Of a stretch of DNA of 64,000 nucleotides, positions 35,601-50,600 are shown piece by piece (the first letter of the stretch is position 1; each line of letters opens with the position of its first letter). Source of the stretch: Phoronis australis. Lineage: Eukaryota; Animalia; Phoronida. The DNA lies in assembly GCA_002633005.1 (NCBI GenBank), contig NMRA01000403.1, forward strand, positions 124,603 through 188,602, written 5' to 3'. The notes below the pieces were generated by a model. That model was not told the origin of the DNA. It saw only the letters and a list, made by a program, of their open reading frames with translations, and did not search any database. The translations under genes were made by a program, and so were the position numbers.

Positions 35601-38600
35601 AAACGTCTTACGGTATTTACATGTACGTAAGGTAGATGCAAGTGACAGCTGCCCTAGTCTTTTGAAGTTTAGTCTCCTGCAACCCTGCGTAAAATATGCG
35701 CAATTTCGGATATACATGCTTTGGCCTAAGTATGTGCATATGTGGCATCAGAACCATCTAGTAATTAAATTGCTTTAGAGCAGATTTCACGCCGCCGTAA
35801 TGCAGTTAATCGTAAGGTAATGAGCTGCTAGTGGGGACTGACTGGAGCTTCTGAATGCATGAGCCTCAAGCAGTGAGGGGTGCATTAGTCTGGGATTTAC
35901 ACAGATTTACACTCTGAATGCATGAGCCTCAAGCAGTGAGGGGTGCATTAGTCTGGGATTTACACAGATTTACACTCATTGTTAGAGAAGATCTTTTGCA
36001 ACTAACTCATTCTGGCCAATCGTATTTCCGGATTTTCCCATGATCATACTTTAAACAGTTTACTAAGTTTTCAGGAAATTATTCCGTGATCGATTTTTTT
36101 CTCTCTGAAAGCTGGCCCTATTATAGCTATTCTGGTTCGATTTAAGCCGTGAATCCATGTTTTTACAAATAATGTCCCTTGCTGTAGTATTTTTCTTTGT
36201 TGTTTGTAAGGTTTGTGTAGTTTAGCTGTTTGCAAGCGACATATTGTCAATGTTAAAGTATATTTAATCTCCAATTTCGTATCAAACACACCAAAAAAAA
36301 AACAACCCCACCAGTCGATCACTTGCAATCACTATCTGACGATATGTTAATTAGCTTATCTCTAGTTATGATCATTTATTGATCACTTGCAGCATTTAGT
36401 CATCCTCCATTGTGTATAGTGTGAAAAAGTCGTCAGATATTGATGCTCGTTTTCCCGACTGGTCACTTGTTTAATTAAGATTGAGGAGGTGTTGCATTTG
36501 TGGTGGTTGTGACAACTTAGTATTTGGCCATGCTGTAGCTTTTCACTTTTCGTGGGACATCGAAGAATCGTGGATGTAGCACCAGTTTGTACAAGGAACG
36601 TGCATGTTGGTGGACATGATACACTGGCACTAGGTACTTCATACTTCACACTCAAGTGAAGTCGCTATTCTCTTTTTTGGGATAATGAGTTCACAATTGT
36701 GGTATGCAGAGCGGTAAAATTTCAGTTAATCATGCCGACCATGAAGTCACTTTTTAAAACAAGGCAAAAGGTGGTTTTAAGCACTTAAATGAACTTGTAA
36801 CACTGTCATAGTAAACCTCTGAAACTTAACAATTTTACCAATTATTTTTGTCATAACGTGAATAAGTATTACTGTATTTTCACTCTGTTTATCAATTGAG
36901 AAGAAACATAACATGGGATTATTCACAGTTTTGATGGCTCTATTATATTATTTATTGTTTGTGGCATGCACCCTTAACACCCAGCATTATACGATGATCG
37001 AATGACTCTGTTGAATATGCACAATGTTCTGGTCTACTGCATTTGGTGTAGTGTACAAATTGTGATGAACCATCAAAACACAGTACATGCATAAAGTTTA
37101 CAGACAAAGTGACCCGGAAATCCCCATTGTGACGACTGTGCAGAAGTTGAACATAATGTCAGCGTATCCTTACCTCATGACTTACAAGCCATTTTTGTTA
37201 ACACAACCATCATAATGGATAACTTGCATTTTTTCTGTCTACTTTTCTCCAGTACTGTGTGGTACATGTGGTTGACGCGATGTGGTTGAAGCACTTGTCT
37301 ACAAGAAAATGTGCAGTTTTGCTTAACAGGGATTTATAATTTTGTAATTTACAGTGACAATTCCAAGTAGCCATTGTGTATTTATTTGTTACTTTAATAT
37401 GTAAGATCCCCATCTGATGTGCCTTGACTGGGTATAGCCATCCAGAAAGTATTGTCCGTTTCCCCATGCACAAACCTCAGTCATCTGAGAGGTGTTAGTT
37501 AAGCTAACTATGCCGTTGTTCTATTTTTCATTGTTGGGGCACACTGATTTGTGGCATGTTATTGATTTCACTTTACCTTTGAAAATTATTTCTTTTCTCA
37601 GATTGAAAATAAATTTTGAGTCACGCACTCATTTTATGGTCTGTCACTTGAGGTGAAAGTAACCTAATTTTGATTTATTCCGTTTAGTATTGTACTTGGG
37701 AAACCTTCTGAAGTTCACGAATGCTTTTTCTGTTTAAGGAAATCAATAAATAAATTTGGCCTTTTCATTACGTTAGGCAAAATATTGAAACTCAAAAATG
37801 TGCTTGAAACATTGAGTCATTATCAGACAGGTTGGGCAAAAAGTTGTCCTAAAATGATTTCCCTCAGTCCATAATTAAAATTCTGGATACACTTTGGTAG
37901 CAGATTGTTTGTAAGCCATGTGTTTTTGGAGAGTGTGTTGGAGGACATGTCTAGACCAATTTGTAACTTTACTATTTCTGGGTCAATTTGGATGCTTCAA
38001 ATACCAATAATTATGGATATTTGTTTATAATAAAGACCAAGTCATCCAACAATGACACAACAGTTAGAAAGAAACGTTTCAGTGAAGCCAAAGAGGAAGT
38101 ACGTGCTCAGCATGATGCTTTCTCCACTTTCACAACAGAAAACTGGGTAAAGTTGAGGTGTGTGCCACTTGTAAACTGATAGTGTTTTTAAATTCGCCAC
38201 ATTTGCCTAATGAAAGAGAGATTGCATTTACTAATACCTAGTATCCACTACCTCATATTTTTGAGCTGCGAGTACGAAAATGGGTTTTATGACTTTTGGA
38301 CAGTCGCACTCAACTACTTTGAATCCCTATATTGTTTAAAGATAAGCCCTCAACACTTGTCAACCCCAGTCACACATCTCACATTATCATTAGTGACTGT
38401 CTTGCCATGGGTCAAGTACATTCTTGTGGTATTCGCTTGATAAGCACCCTGAAAAAACAGTTGCACCTCACAATATATTCCTTTACCAAGCACTCAGTAT
38501 GGTAGCAATAGAAATAATTTTATTTTGTTCAATTTGTTAAAACATGTTAAAAATGTACGATTTTGACCATTTTACCGTACAGCTGTCTGGCAATGTTTTC

Positions 38601-41600
38601 ATTTGCAGCAAGGTAAGAAGCATTTGGCAAGTTATTGAATGATAATCATACTGTTATCTGAGACTGTTCCTCACGCATAACACAATGCTGTTATCAAACC
38701 ATGTTATTTATTTAATGTATAACTCATTACCAGCTGTGTAATGCTCAGTTTCATTCAGTTTTTACTAATTCTCAAAAAATCTTTGCACAGTTTTCTACCA
38801 TGAATAGAAAGTGAAAGTTCTCTGCTTTCACCGTTACTCTGGCAACCTACATTGGTCATTTCATTCAAGTGCCATTTTTGCTTCAAACTAAAGGCAATTA
38901 TATCCATTTTCATGAATACAAAAGGCACACTTGTTTTTACCTCCCCACCCAAAAGTGCCAAAATGGTGGAGATGACTAGATAAGTTGTCCTTACCATATC
39001 TGGTTCAGCTCAGTTGCTATGATAGCCATCATGAAAGAGCAGGACTGTTCATGTCTCCAAAGAACCATGGAGCTTTAGTTTATAAAAGATGTAGGTTTTC
39101 GCAAATTTAATGGTGGGAGAAAGTATTACATAACTAGTACCTGAATTTTGTCACTCTTTCTTGCCTTTTCTTTCATCACGTCTGCCTTTGCAAAACTCAT
39201 ACCTTCCTCCCTTAAAGCAAATACTTTGTACTCTGTCTTGAGAACATAAATGGTGATTATTTTGTGCAGTCCCTGAAGTTGCTTTTGTGTATTTTTCAGT
39301 ACATGACTCTGGAGGCACTCAAGAAAAACCGTGAGAAGATATACCCTCAGCTGTTTGAATATGCCCTTGTGGTGGGGCTGAGGCCACAGACCCCGCACAT
39401 GAACACGTTCGAGCCCTACATTATGCACAAGTTTCCTCCTCAGGTAAACCAGCCGTCATCTAAGTGGTATAAGTGCAGAATTTACTATAACATGTCAACA
39501 AAAGAAAAAGTTCACTTTTCTAAAGAAAAGCATGTTAACTTCAGATGTACCAGCAGTAATTTTAACGATTATGTCGTATGGCAATAATTCTTTAATCGCT
39601 TCCACTGAATAATTAAATTTACATGATTTTGGAATCATAATGCTCACTATTTTGAAGCAGGCGAAACTCGCTTCTCTAAGATGCTTGTACACTGGAGTAA
39701 CTAGGTCAAATTGAAGTGCCCAAATTCAGACTGGTATCATTGAACTCCATGTTGTTTGTATTGCAGTCCTTTTGTGCCAATATTGGATGCATCGAAAAGT
39801 CGCTTCCCTAATTGCATTTTGGGTTACATTGCATTTCGTACTGCCACTTGTCACAGTACCTGGGTGTTTATGAGGCTCTTTCAAGTTTTGTCTGTGGATT
39901 AGGGAACTGAGATGGGTGTGTCGGTGATAACTGATGCCTGTTTGTGGCAACAATTCCTTCCTGCTGATTTTTGACAATGAGGATTATGAAAACTAGATCC
40001 TTCATTGAAAGTGGATCTTCATTGTTTAGATGGTAAAAATTGGTTAACTACAACAGATGAAAAGAGATATAAAATGCACTGCAACTGCTGTTCCTTTGTT
40101 GATATGTCCTGACCTCTATTGTGTAACCTGCCTGTACAACACAAAAAGACAACTTCACTTGTGTACACAATGGCTCATTACGGTTATGTAATACCTCAAT
40201 GACTGCAGTAAAATTTGAATTGGGGGAAGGCCCTAACTGGTTCCTTCTTTCACAAATTTTAAAATCATGACAAATATTTTGTCTCGCTTATGTGACAAAA
40301 GCAAAGTTGATGCACACTCTAAGAGCACCAAAAACTGAGACTTAACCTGTGAGGTTTTGAAAATTTGAGATGTAACAAATTGTGATTTGCCATTCTCTGA
40401 TATTGTCTGTGTTATAATTCACAAGCTTGTTATGTTGTAGATATGTACTCTATAATGCAATTGAATACCCAAAAATATATTGTAAAATAAGTTGAGTTGA
40501 GACTACTTCATTTACTGTACAAAGTTGTCATAGTATCCTTGGCGAATTTCTGTGCAGCAATAGCTTTATGCTCAAGTTGCACAGCTCTTGACATTTCTGT
40601 CAAAATTGGTTACCTTTTTTCCTTATAAGTGTTATCAAGCATATTTTGTCTTTGACTGAAAAAATGGGAAAATATTCATACCTGGGTGAAGCCAGGCACA
40701 ACTGTTAATTTCAGTGCAATAATTATCCTCTTACTTCTGTTTCTCGCGTGTAGTGATGTAGTGTACAGGGTGATTTAGTTAATTAAGTTTAGGGATAGGC
40801 CAGTTGACTTGTGTACTTTCATCTTGTCATTTGCCAACCTTGACACTAACATTAGTCACCTGTGAAGAGCTATTGCTTATTGATGAATATTCCCAACAAC
40901 CTCTTTGTTTGTCACTGTGTGGAGTTTCAATTTTGCCGTGACAAGTTTGGCATACTTGTGTCGAGTTTTGAAACCCATTCAGCAAGTTTAAAGTTTTGGG
41001 AGATATGTACATTTTGGACTTCTGGTACCAGTTCTATGCATTATTCCAACACTTAACACATTAACTCTCATAGTGTGGACGTGGACTTTCAAAACGTAAT
41101 ATGAATCTTGTAGTTCCATTCGAGTACACTTTCTGTTGTAGCGAACATTGCTTATCCCCAGTTCATTTACAATGTAATATCAAAATAAACTGTTCCATTA
41201 TAGGTTAAAGATGACAATGCTGCAATACCACAATTCTGCTTCCCAGATGCTACTGAGTGGAGGCCTGTGTTAGCCTACAACACGTAAGGATTGTCTTTTA
41301 CACTGTTTTTCAAAATGTATCGAGTAATGTTGTTCTGATTATTAAGTTTTAATGTGCGAAAGTGCATCTAAAAGCTCATTTCAGTTCCTGTCTTTGACAA
41401 CGATTTTTTGTTATACTGTGATTTGAGTTTCTTCTTAATTGGCTGTCCAATAAAGAAATTCATTTTCACTAAGACTGGTTTTAATTTTCACAATGAAGAA
41501 AATAATAGAGAATGCCAAGACACAAAATCCCATGCTGTGTGTACGTGATTGAGTCAATGTTCTGTACATTAGTGAGCACAAAAATGTTTGGACAAAGAAC

Positions 41601-44600
41601 TCTTTTCATATTGCAATGACTATTCCGCTTAAGAGTGAAGCTGACCCAGAAAATAATTAAAATAAATTCTAACTTTAAAATGCCATTTTCATGTGGCTTG
41701 TAATTTTCCTCTTTTAAGAGGATTTCCTCTTTGTTGGTTTTGATTCCCTTTTATTTTTTTCCAGTTTTCTCTGTTTTGACTTTGTATGGAAAATATGTTT
41801 CTTGGGCCTAAATAAAAATTCAGTTTGTTTGCCATTACCTGATCAACCCACTAAAAACCCACCGACTCGGAAAATTTTATTTACAAAATTCCTCTGACTT
41901 AATTTATTTGCAAAGGGCTGTAATCAATTTCGCACTTTTTATTGATTGATGACACAGCCCAGGAATAAATCTTTACTTGCAACTTGGTTGTTTTGTTACA
42001 AAAACGGGCAAAAATTCTTCAACAAAATCTCAAGCGTGAGTTGTTAATTTCTATGAAGACCCTTGAAGAAGGTGTGACTCATTGGTTGAGAAATAGTAGC
42101 AAAATTGATGTATAAAATTATTTTTTTGCATACCTACCTTCCTTAATATTAAAAGTAGGGTAGGGTAAGGGCAAACAAAGATATTTTTAAGTCTGGCCTT
42201 GTAGATAAATTTTGCAAAACACATATATTTTTTATCTTATATGTCTATGCATTTTAGAAGCATATGTCACCAAGGCACATTTTTCTCTTTTTGTCATTGG
42301 TTATTACAAGCCCTGTTTTCAGCTTGTTAACTTTCTTAAATCTGAATTCCTCACCGTTGCATTAGAGTGCTATACTCAAAACTAAACAAATACCTTTCTA
42401 ATGCATCATCTGCAGATAATTCCAAATTTTTTGCTAAAATTGTATCAGAAAATCAAATTGTTCTTTTTCTTGATTTGTGGTGTTTTCTCACATTTCAGTG
42501 AGACATTCTCATTTGTACTGACCAACATTGATGGTACTCGTCTTTATGGTTACTGCTTACGTCTGCTACCCGGAGGTTTCAGAAAGAGGCTACCAGAAGT
42601 TTACTGTATCATCAGCCCTCTAGATGCACATGGACTCTATTTGCAGGTATAGTTCAGCGATACATAGCATTTAATTGTTGTCGTTTTGCTGCCAGAGGAA
42701 AACTGTTTGGACATCCGGCGATCTTGCCAACTCGCAAGATTCTAGCTTGATGAATTGACTGTACTCTTGGTGACGTCTCGTAAGGCTTGTGTTGGCTGTG
42801 GTAGAGCAATTTCTCGCAGTCTTTTTCAAACGCAGCTCCCTCTATCCATGGAGAGGTCAATTGCCTTGTATGGAATGGTCTTGAAAAATGAAAACAGAAA
42901 GTAAAACTAAGCTTTTAAGATCTTGTGAGTTCATACCATTGAACTGGCAAAAAATACAACATTACTATAGATTGGCTTCTCTGTGGAAAAAACTAAATCA
43001 TGGAAATGCAAATTTTAAGTCATGGATATGAAATGACAATGTGAGAGACATGTGAATTTTTATTTCGTCAGATTTAAAGTATTGTTTTCATGTGCTGAAG
43101 ATAGTGCACTTTATGGATTACAATGATCATCATGTTAATTGACCTTGTTCCAGTGCTTCATCAGCTGCCATTTGCAGCCTTGTACAATATTGTGTAGTAA
43201 ATGCTGTTTTCGTAAGCACAGTCAGATTGCTGCAGTTTTCATATTTACCATGATTATAATTGTCTTTATTTGTACATATGGCCATCAATGCGAACTACAG
43301 CATACAAGCATCAAGTACACTGGGCAGGTGTGCTATGCTACCTAGTCAGAACCTTTGAACATTGTGGAATGCAGTGGTATTTACTTAGACTTGTATCATT
43401 TTATAGGTTCTTGATGAGATTGAACGACGACGCATCAATGTGACATATGATAACGCTTTACAGTTCATTGCTGCGGCCTATACTCGGCCTTTACCAAGCT
43501 CTGGGAAATATGTTCATATTACGGTAAGTTTGCAAGGATAACTAGGAATATGTTTTGTATGGCTAGTACTGGAGTTTTTTCAGAAAATCTCATCTTTAGA
43601 TAGCCCACCTTGTACATTGTGAAAAAATATGCATGGTTGAATCCTTCATTTTTTCTCAATTTCATGGGAAATTGACACCAAACTTGTAAATTGAACCACA
43701 TTAAAATAGTAAATTTTTAAAAATGAACTCTAACCTGTGGGAACAATCATACATCAATGATGTTGTGTTCTGTCTCTGTTGGTTTCAATTTGCGCACCAG
43801 ATACAATGTTGATTCTCATGAGCGTGTATTCGTCACTTCAAAGTATAGACCTGGGTGTATATTTGGATTTGACTATGGCCCCTTAAGTAACTTTTTTGAA
43901 GTGTACGCTCCTGACAAAAATGTCTACAGAAAGCTCTTCCTGGGTATTTATCGTTACTGATTCTGTATCCAGGATTATGTATTAATGCAAATTCTGTAAC
44001 ATCTCGTGTGGCAGTAGTTGTGAAATGTTGTGCATGATTTTGGTGCAATTGGGTGATCTTAGGGTGGAGATTTCTAACCTGACTTGAAAAATACCCTCAG
44101 AAGGCTCAAGCACTTTTCGCCACAGGTGAGGGAGAACCTTACGAGCCAAGAGTTTTTCCAACCTCCTTTTGCTGACAGTGAGTTTGTTTGGCATGTCTTG
44201 GCTACTGAGACTGTCTGATATTTCAGCTAATATTTGTAACAAGAGACACGCCCAAGGTTGCTGGTCATGTGTGACTCGTGAATGAGAGCTTGTGACATCG
44301 CATGTTCTTCTTTTAATACATGACGATATCTCATGCAAGTTTGCCTAGCTCACAAGATACTAACTGTTGTGAAGGTCTTGCAGTGGACTTGTGCATTTCC
44401 TTGTGATTTTACTGATCAAAAGATAAGAAACTAATTGATAATTCTTTTTTTTTTTAATTCTTAATTGTTTCACGTCATCCTGTTGTCATTTATTTTCAAT
44501 TGTATGTTGACTTAGATGTGAGAGGTAGTTGTCTTATCATTGATTCTCCTAATATCACTTTAATTATAGACTCCAGCCAGCCAACCTAGTGTCTTGACAC

Positions 44601-47600
44601 TCAAGAGAGAGGCGGACTTCCGTTTGGAGGATGTAAGACAATTATTGTACTTACAAACAGCGACTTCCTTATATCAATCAGGAGATATGATGTAAAAGTG
44701 CAATGAATTGGATCCTTCTGTTCCAAAAAATATGAGACAAAACCATGCACTTGTTGTACTAAATACATACTGCAATGTCTCTTGTAAAACTTTTTTCTAT
44801 GAATAGATACTGATGATTTAGCGTGTATCACACAAAGATTTTGAATGTAGTACAAAAGATTACAAATCTTAACTGAACTGACTACTCCAAAATTTGTTAA
44901 AGTTTTGTAGAATATGGAATTTCATTGGCGTGTACTTCACAAAAATTCTTTACGGATTTTGGTTCTCCGGGTTGCGTAGGATAGAAACAACAGTGAAGTA
45001 TGACTTCTAAATTGACATTTATTTATTAAGTATTTTAACAAGGGTTTGCTGTTTTTGAGCTCTTGCTGTCAGTGTATGAATGAAAACTGTCATTAAAAAT
45101 GTCCATTTGGGTGACATAGTTCATACAGTAAATATGATTGTGGGCTTCAGTTATGCTCTCAGTCATTTACGCCAAGGTCTCTGGTCTCTAGATAAGCTCT
45201 ACCTGCCTTGTGACGGGTATATGGTACACACAAAGTGTTTGCGGTCACTAACATTTGAACCATCGTATTTAGACTCATATCCTTATACCTTCCTAGTTGG
45301 TCTGGTTGGCTTTAAGTCTGTTTGTCTATCCATTCATGTCTCTATTTCCCCCTTTTAATCCCCACTCTTTCCTTCCTCAGTTTCTCCGAATGGCTCTTCA
45401 CTCACTCATTGTCAGTAACATTGGTTTGTTTGTGTGTCTGTTTGTCTGTCTGTGTCTTTGTCTGTCTATCCACCCTTCCTTTGCCATCCATCTCTTTCTA
45501 TATCCAGTCCCTTCCTCTCCCTGTAACTGTACCTACCTCCCTCTCTCATTCCCGCTCTTTGTCCCCCTCCCTTGCTCTGTTACGTTCTTGTTACCTTCTA
45601 GCTCTTTGTTAGTCTCACTTGTTTGTGTTCCCTTCTAGTCATTCTCACCCCTTCCTCTCACCTTGTAATTGTCACCCTTCATCCCCCCTCCCTCCGTTCG
45701 TTCCTCCATCTCTCCCTCCCAGCCTCCCCAATACCCATCCTACCTTCCCCGCACCCTCCTGCCCTCTCCCTCCTACGGTCCGTCCCTCTCGCCATCCCTC
45801 CCTCTCCCTCCCCCTCTCCTTCCCTCTCTTCCTCCATCGATCCATTCCGCCCTTCCAACCTCCCCTCCTTCCCATCTTCCCTCCCTCCCTCTTTTATCCT
45901 ACCCTCTCCTTCTCTCCATCCCTCCTCCTCTCTTTCTCTCCCTCCCTCCCTCGATTCATCCCTCCCACCTTCTTCCTTCCTTTCTTATTTCCTTTACTCC
46001 TTGCTCCCTATCCCCAATCTCTTAGTTGGTCTCACTTTTCTGTTCCCATTTTGTAGTCATTCACTGCTCCTTGTACTCACCCTATATGTTCTTTTCTCAC
46101 ATTCCAGCGCTCTGTCTATCAGTCTTCTCTTCCATGCACCTCTTTCAAACTGTTCTTCTGGCGTCTTCCATCACATATTACAGATATGCGCACACGTACA
46201 CGTCAGGTATAGCCAGCTAACTAGCTGCATGGAGACTAGCACTAAAATACAGTGAGGATTCGCTGTGTCTTAACTTCACATAGACTTTGTCATGAAACCT
46301 ATGTCAATGTGAAGAGCTAATGACGGACAGGAATCACTGGAAGTTTGCCCGTTAAGCTGTTTAAGTGAAAAACAATCTAATAAACATCTTCTTTGTAATA
46401 ATCCAGCTTTTATAACAAAGAAGTTGGCTTGAAAACAGTACATTCCTGACACAGGCCATTTACTGAAACTTTTTACATCTTTCGGGTGATGGTGACAGCT
46501 TCGCCGATGCAAAACTTGCTCAGAAATTTATTTTGAAAATTTCTTGATGGCTGTCTGCTCTCCTGTTCTTCCACAGTTCCCAAAGTGTGTACATTGATAG
46601 GAGTTGTGTTTATCACTCTTGCGTACCTAACTAAACATTCAGAAATATCGGTGATGTTCATGACTATATCGTGTTTTTGTGTTTCACTTGCCACAAGACG
46701 GAAAACCCATTTCTCGTCTATGTTTACGTCTTCTCGTCTATATTTATGTGTTCTCGTCTATATTTAATGTGTTTGCTTCTGATCATAGACTGTCCAGTGA
46801 TATTGCAGGTTGACTTTGAGACAGTTCTAAACAAGCTTGGTGTTGAGACTACGTTGGAGGTCTTTGCTTCGTTGCTGCTGGAGAGGAGGGTGTTATTTAC
46901 TGCCTCAAAGCTAAGGTATTTCAAAAAGATTGAGGTGCTATGATCGTCATTTACATGATAGCATAATTTCATAAGTGGCCAGTGCAGACTTCCGTAGAGT
47001 AACGTGTGGTCACACAAGTCTTGGTGAGTTATCGCCATGCATTACAAACAGTGCACGTGGTCTCATTGGTTTACTCGGAACAGGACCAGTGTTTGTCCAA
47101 TCAAATTCACTTTGTTTTGGAGCTCAGTCTTATGATTGTTTTGTTTGAATGGAATCTGGTTCATTTGTCGAAAGTACTCAATTCATCATTGAGAAAGCCT
47201 TCATTTTCAATTCAAGAGACTGTCTATTTTTGAAGTTTTTGGTGATCAAAGAAGCATATTATGTGACTGTCAAAAATGAAGAATTCAACATTCTACTAAA
47301 GTGTAAGTCTTCATTTTTGACTGCCAAGTTTTTATTCTTAAAGATCTCGACAGAAAATACCAGACATGCTTTAGTTGGCACTCGAAGGAAAGGCAGAATT
47401 AGCCTGTTTCTATCCAAAACTTCAATCTGGTAATTTCTAGGAAAAATTGCATTTTGAAAATTTGTAGAGCACACAACAAAGTAAAAAAATATTTTGTGCA
47501 AATGGAACATTTCTATAATGGTGATCCAGGATTTTGAAAATATGGGTTTCATGTCCAAAATTTAGTATTTAGAAACTTGTTAATGAAATAACGTATTAAG

Positions 47601-50600
47601 TTGCTTGCAGGTCAAGCTTCTTTCTTGAATCATGTTACATTCTGAAGCAGTCACATATCATTTCCAGCACACTCTCCGCCTGTATACATGCCCTTGTGGC
47701 CCTCCTCTACCCATTTACATGGCAACACACTTTCATCCCTGTCCTACCGTCATCGTTGATTGACATCGTTTGTTCACCAACTCCATACATCATTGGCATA
47801 CTATCATCATGTCGTAACATGTTGACAGATCTCCCCATGGAGGAGGTAAGAAAGACTTCAAATCTGCTTGCTGCGTGCTCATTATGCCAATTTGCGAAAT
47901 GTAACAAGGCCAGTGAGTAGGATGTTACTTGGTTTCATTCATTTATGAGTGTGCTTCGTGCTGTGGTTCCATAACGCCACCCATTGGTAGAATGTGGCAA
48001 ATTCAAAATCATATACCACTGCTGCGACATTCTTCATTGGCAGGAATTTCTATGAACAAGAAAGTTCAGAAAGAAACCTTTAAAAAGCTCCATAAGGAAT
48101 GTTCAAATGTTGTTCTCTTTGTCAACCTCATTGGATGTAATTATTTTTGCAATTTTTGTTCCTTAAAAGCAACATTGAAATATTCAATTTTAAGCACTTG
48201 ACGGTTAATTGAAATGTTGTAGGACTTCTCTTACAGTAGCCAAGCTGTTGAGCAATTAACTCTCCTCTCACAATGCACTTCTGTATTTTTCATACTAAAT
48301 AAGCACTGTAGTCACCGACTCAAGTTTCCAATAGAGCCCCTTATTCATACAATCTCTGGGTGCAAAATCACGTAAAGAAAATGACTTTAGAAGTCCCCGT
48401 CTGTCCTTTGTAAGAAACATTGTTTCAGATGAAGAATACCAACTTCATTACATGAAAATAGGCAGTATTTTGTTTTCAGTCAAATTCTCCAGTTGTATTC
48501 CTTCAATGTTGTATTTGCAATTATACTTTAACGATATGGCTTATATAACTGTCCAGTTTTAAATGCACTAAAACTTAAGTTGTACTCTTGACTACCAGTA
48601 GTTCCAGACATCATCACTGCACCAAACACACAAGATATTACAAATTTCACTACCGCCGTCCATATTCGATCACAACAAACGTGTCCTGCAGACTCCCGTT
48701 AGCTTCAATACCTGTTGTAATGTGTAGCAATGTTGTAGGTACTTATAGTGGATATTGACCATGGCGAGTTACTGCAGGGCATGGGGGATGAAGATACATT
48801 AATACCAAGGAAGTTACAGAAGGCACTCAAGATGGCGCTCAAGGACGAAGGAGGTCAGTGGGTCAAACCGGCCGAGGGGGCTTTGTGTTACAGTCAATTT
48901 TTCTGGGTTTGGTGCATTACAAAACCTTATCATTAAGGCAAATTAAACGATACTTTTGATGATCATATTCTTTATTTTACATATTAGCACACTCCCTAGA
49001 AATCGCTTTAGGTTCTCATTCACTCCCTTGCATACATTCACCAAGATCGAGCTCAGACGAGTAGGATACACCATTATATTGCTCTATTGTCTGCCAGTAA
49101 AGCCAGGATTTGAACGAGGGGTCTCCCAAAGTGGTGTCCAAAGCTCAGACTACTGCCCCACGTTTGTGTTGTTAATTATGCGATCATTAAAATTATCATT
49201 TCCTTTATGGTATGGTCTATAACTGAAAACTTGTTTTGTTATTCTATTTCAGAATCGGAAAACCGGAATCTGGTCATATCGGAAGCTTTCATGAGATTGT
49301 TTGTTGAAACTATTGGGTGTTATGCAGATTATGTAAATGTTCAACAAAATGGCGAAAATGTCTTTCAGGTAACTTTAATGCTAGTTCTCTTTTGACAATA
49401 ACTTGTAGAGGAATAGCAGTTTAAAGATGCTGTGAACCTGCACCATGTCAAAACAAACTTTTGATTTAGGCTATGTAATGTTTAAACTTGACTAGGAAGC
49501 ATCGGTCGTGTGGTTGTTAGTGAAATTGATGGTGATGTCAGTGTGGAAGCGGAGGGTATGAACACCGAAAACAGGGTAGTGCTGACAAGTGTGCGACATG
49601 TAGATTGTCGACTATTTGCAAATTGGTATCTCTCTGTGCAAGTAGCTGGCAACAGGCCGGACTGTGACATTAATTTGAGACCATTGTTTTGCTGACAGCT
49701 ACTCGGCCAATAACATGATAATCATGTATACAGATCTCTAATTCTGAAGTTACTAGAAAAGCTGGCCATGAACGTGATCACTGTCATAAGTTCTAGTACC
49801 AATACTTTTTCACCTGGAAAAGTTGCTTACTATGTTGTGAAGGGCGGACTAACAGTAGTTCCTAATGGAATGTAATAACAAAAATTTGGGTGTTTTTTAC
49901 AGAGAGATTGTTTCATCAAGTCTATTCGATCTAAAAGTCTACGCATGTTTGTGGAATGGTTCTGTGAGACGCAGATGTTCGAGGTATTCATGACAGACAT
50001 TTTGGAGAATGCAGCTGATTCACACAAAGGTATTGACTCTGTTGACATTAAGGTTTTGAAGCTGTAGTTGTTAATTTGATGATTTGTTTATTCTGGCATG
50101 AGATAATAAGTATTGTGCATTGCTTTCTATTTTAAAAAAAATGGGCTTAAAACCACTATAAATGAATTTCTGTAAAAGAAACCTTCTTCTTGGCACTCCA
50201 TTACTGACATCAAATTTTTCTCTACTGATAGCTGCAAAGGATTTTCTGGGTTTGGATGGAATAGTTTATTATTTCTTGAGACCATGCATGCACGTAAAAT
50301 AAGCTGTGGTGAAAAACCACCTTATCGATCCAAGTCTCGAGCAAGAATGGAATTGTCAGTTGTTCCCTAGACTTTTAAGAGGTCTGGAATGCGAAAACTC
50401 GTGAAAAATACCTTTTAAGTAGATCGTGGCGAATCTACGTCTTGAGGATGCTAACATGAGTCAGAGCTATTCCCTTTGAATATTGCAAGAATTTCTAGAA
50501 ATTGTCAGATTCACTAATTTTGAAACACATAAGAAACAAAAAATTCTTTCATCTTATTACAATTCTCCTTCCATAAGAGGTCACATTTACCATACAAGGG

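Noticed and set aside
45297-46255. Pro/Ser/Leu-rich ORFs up to 210 aa
   Set aside because: Artefacts of the CT-rich tract, open in several frames
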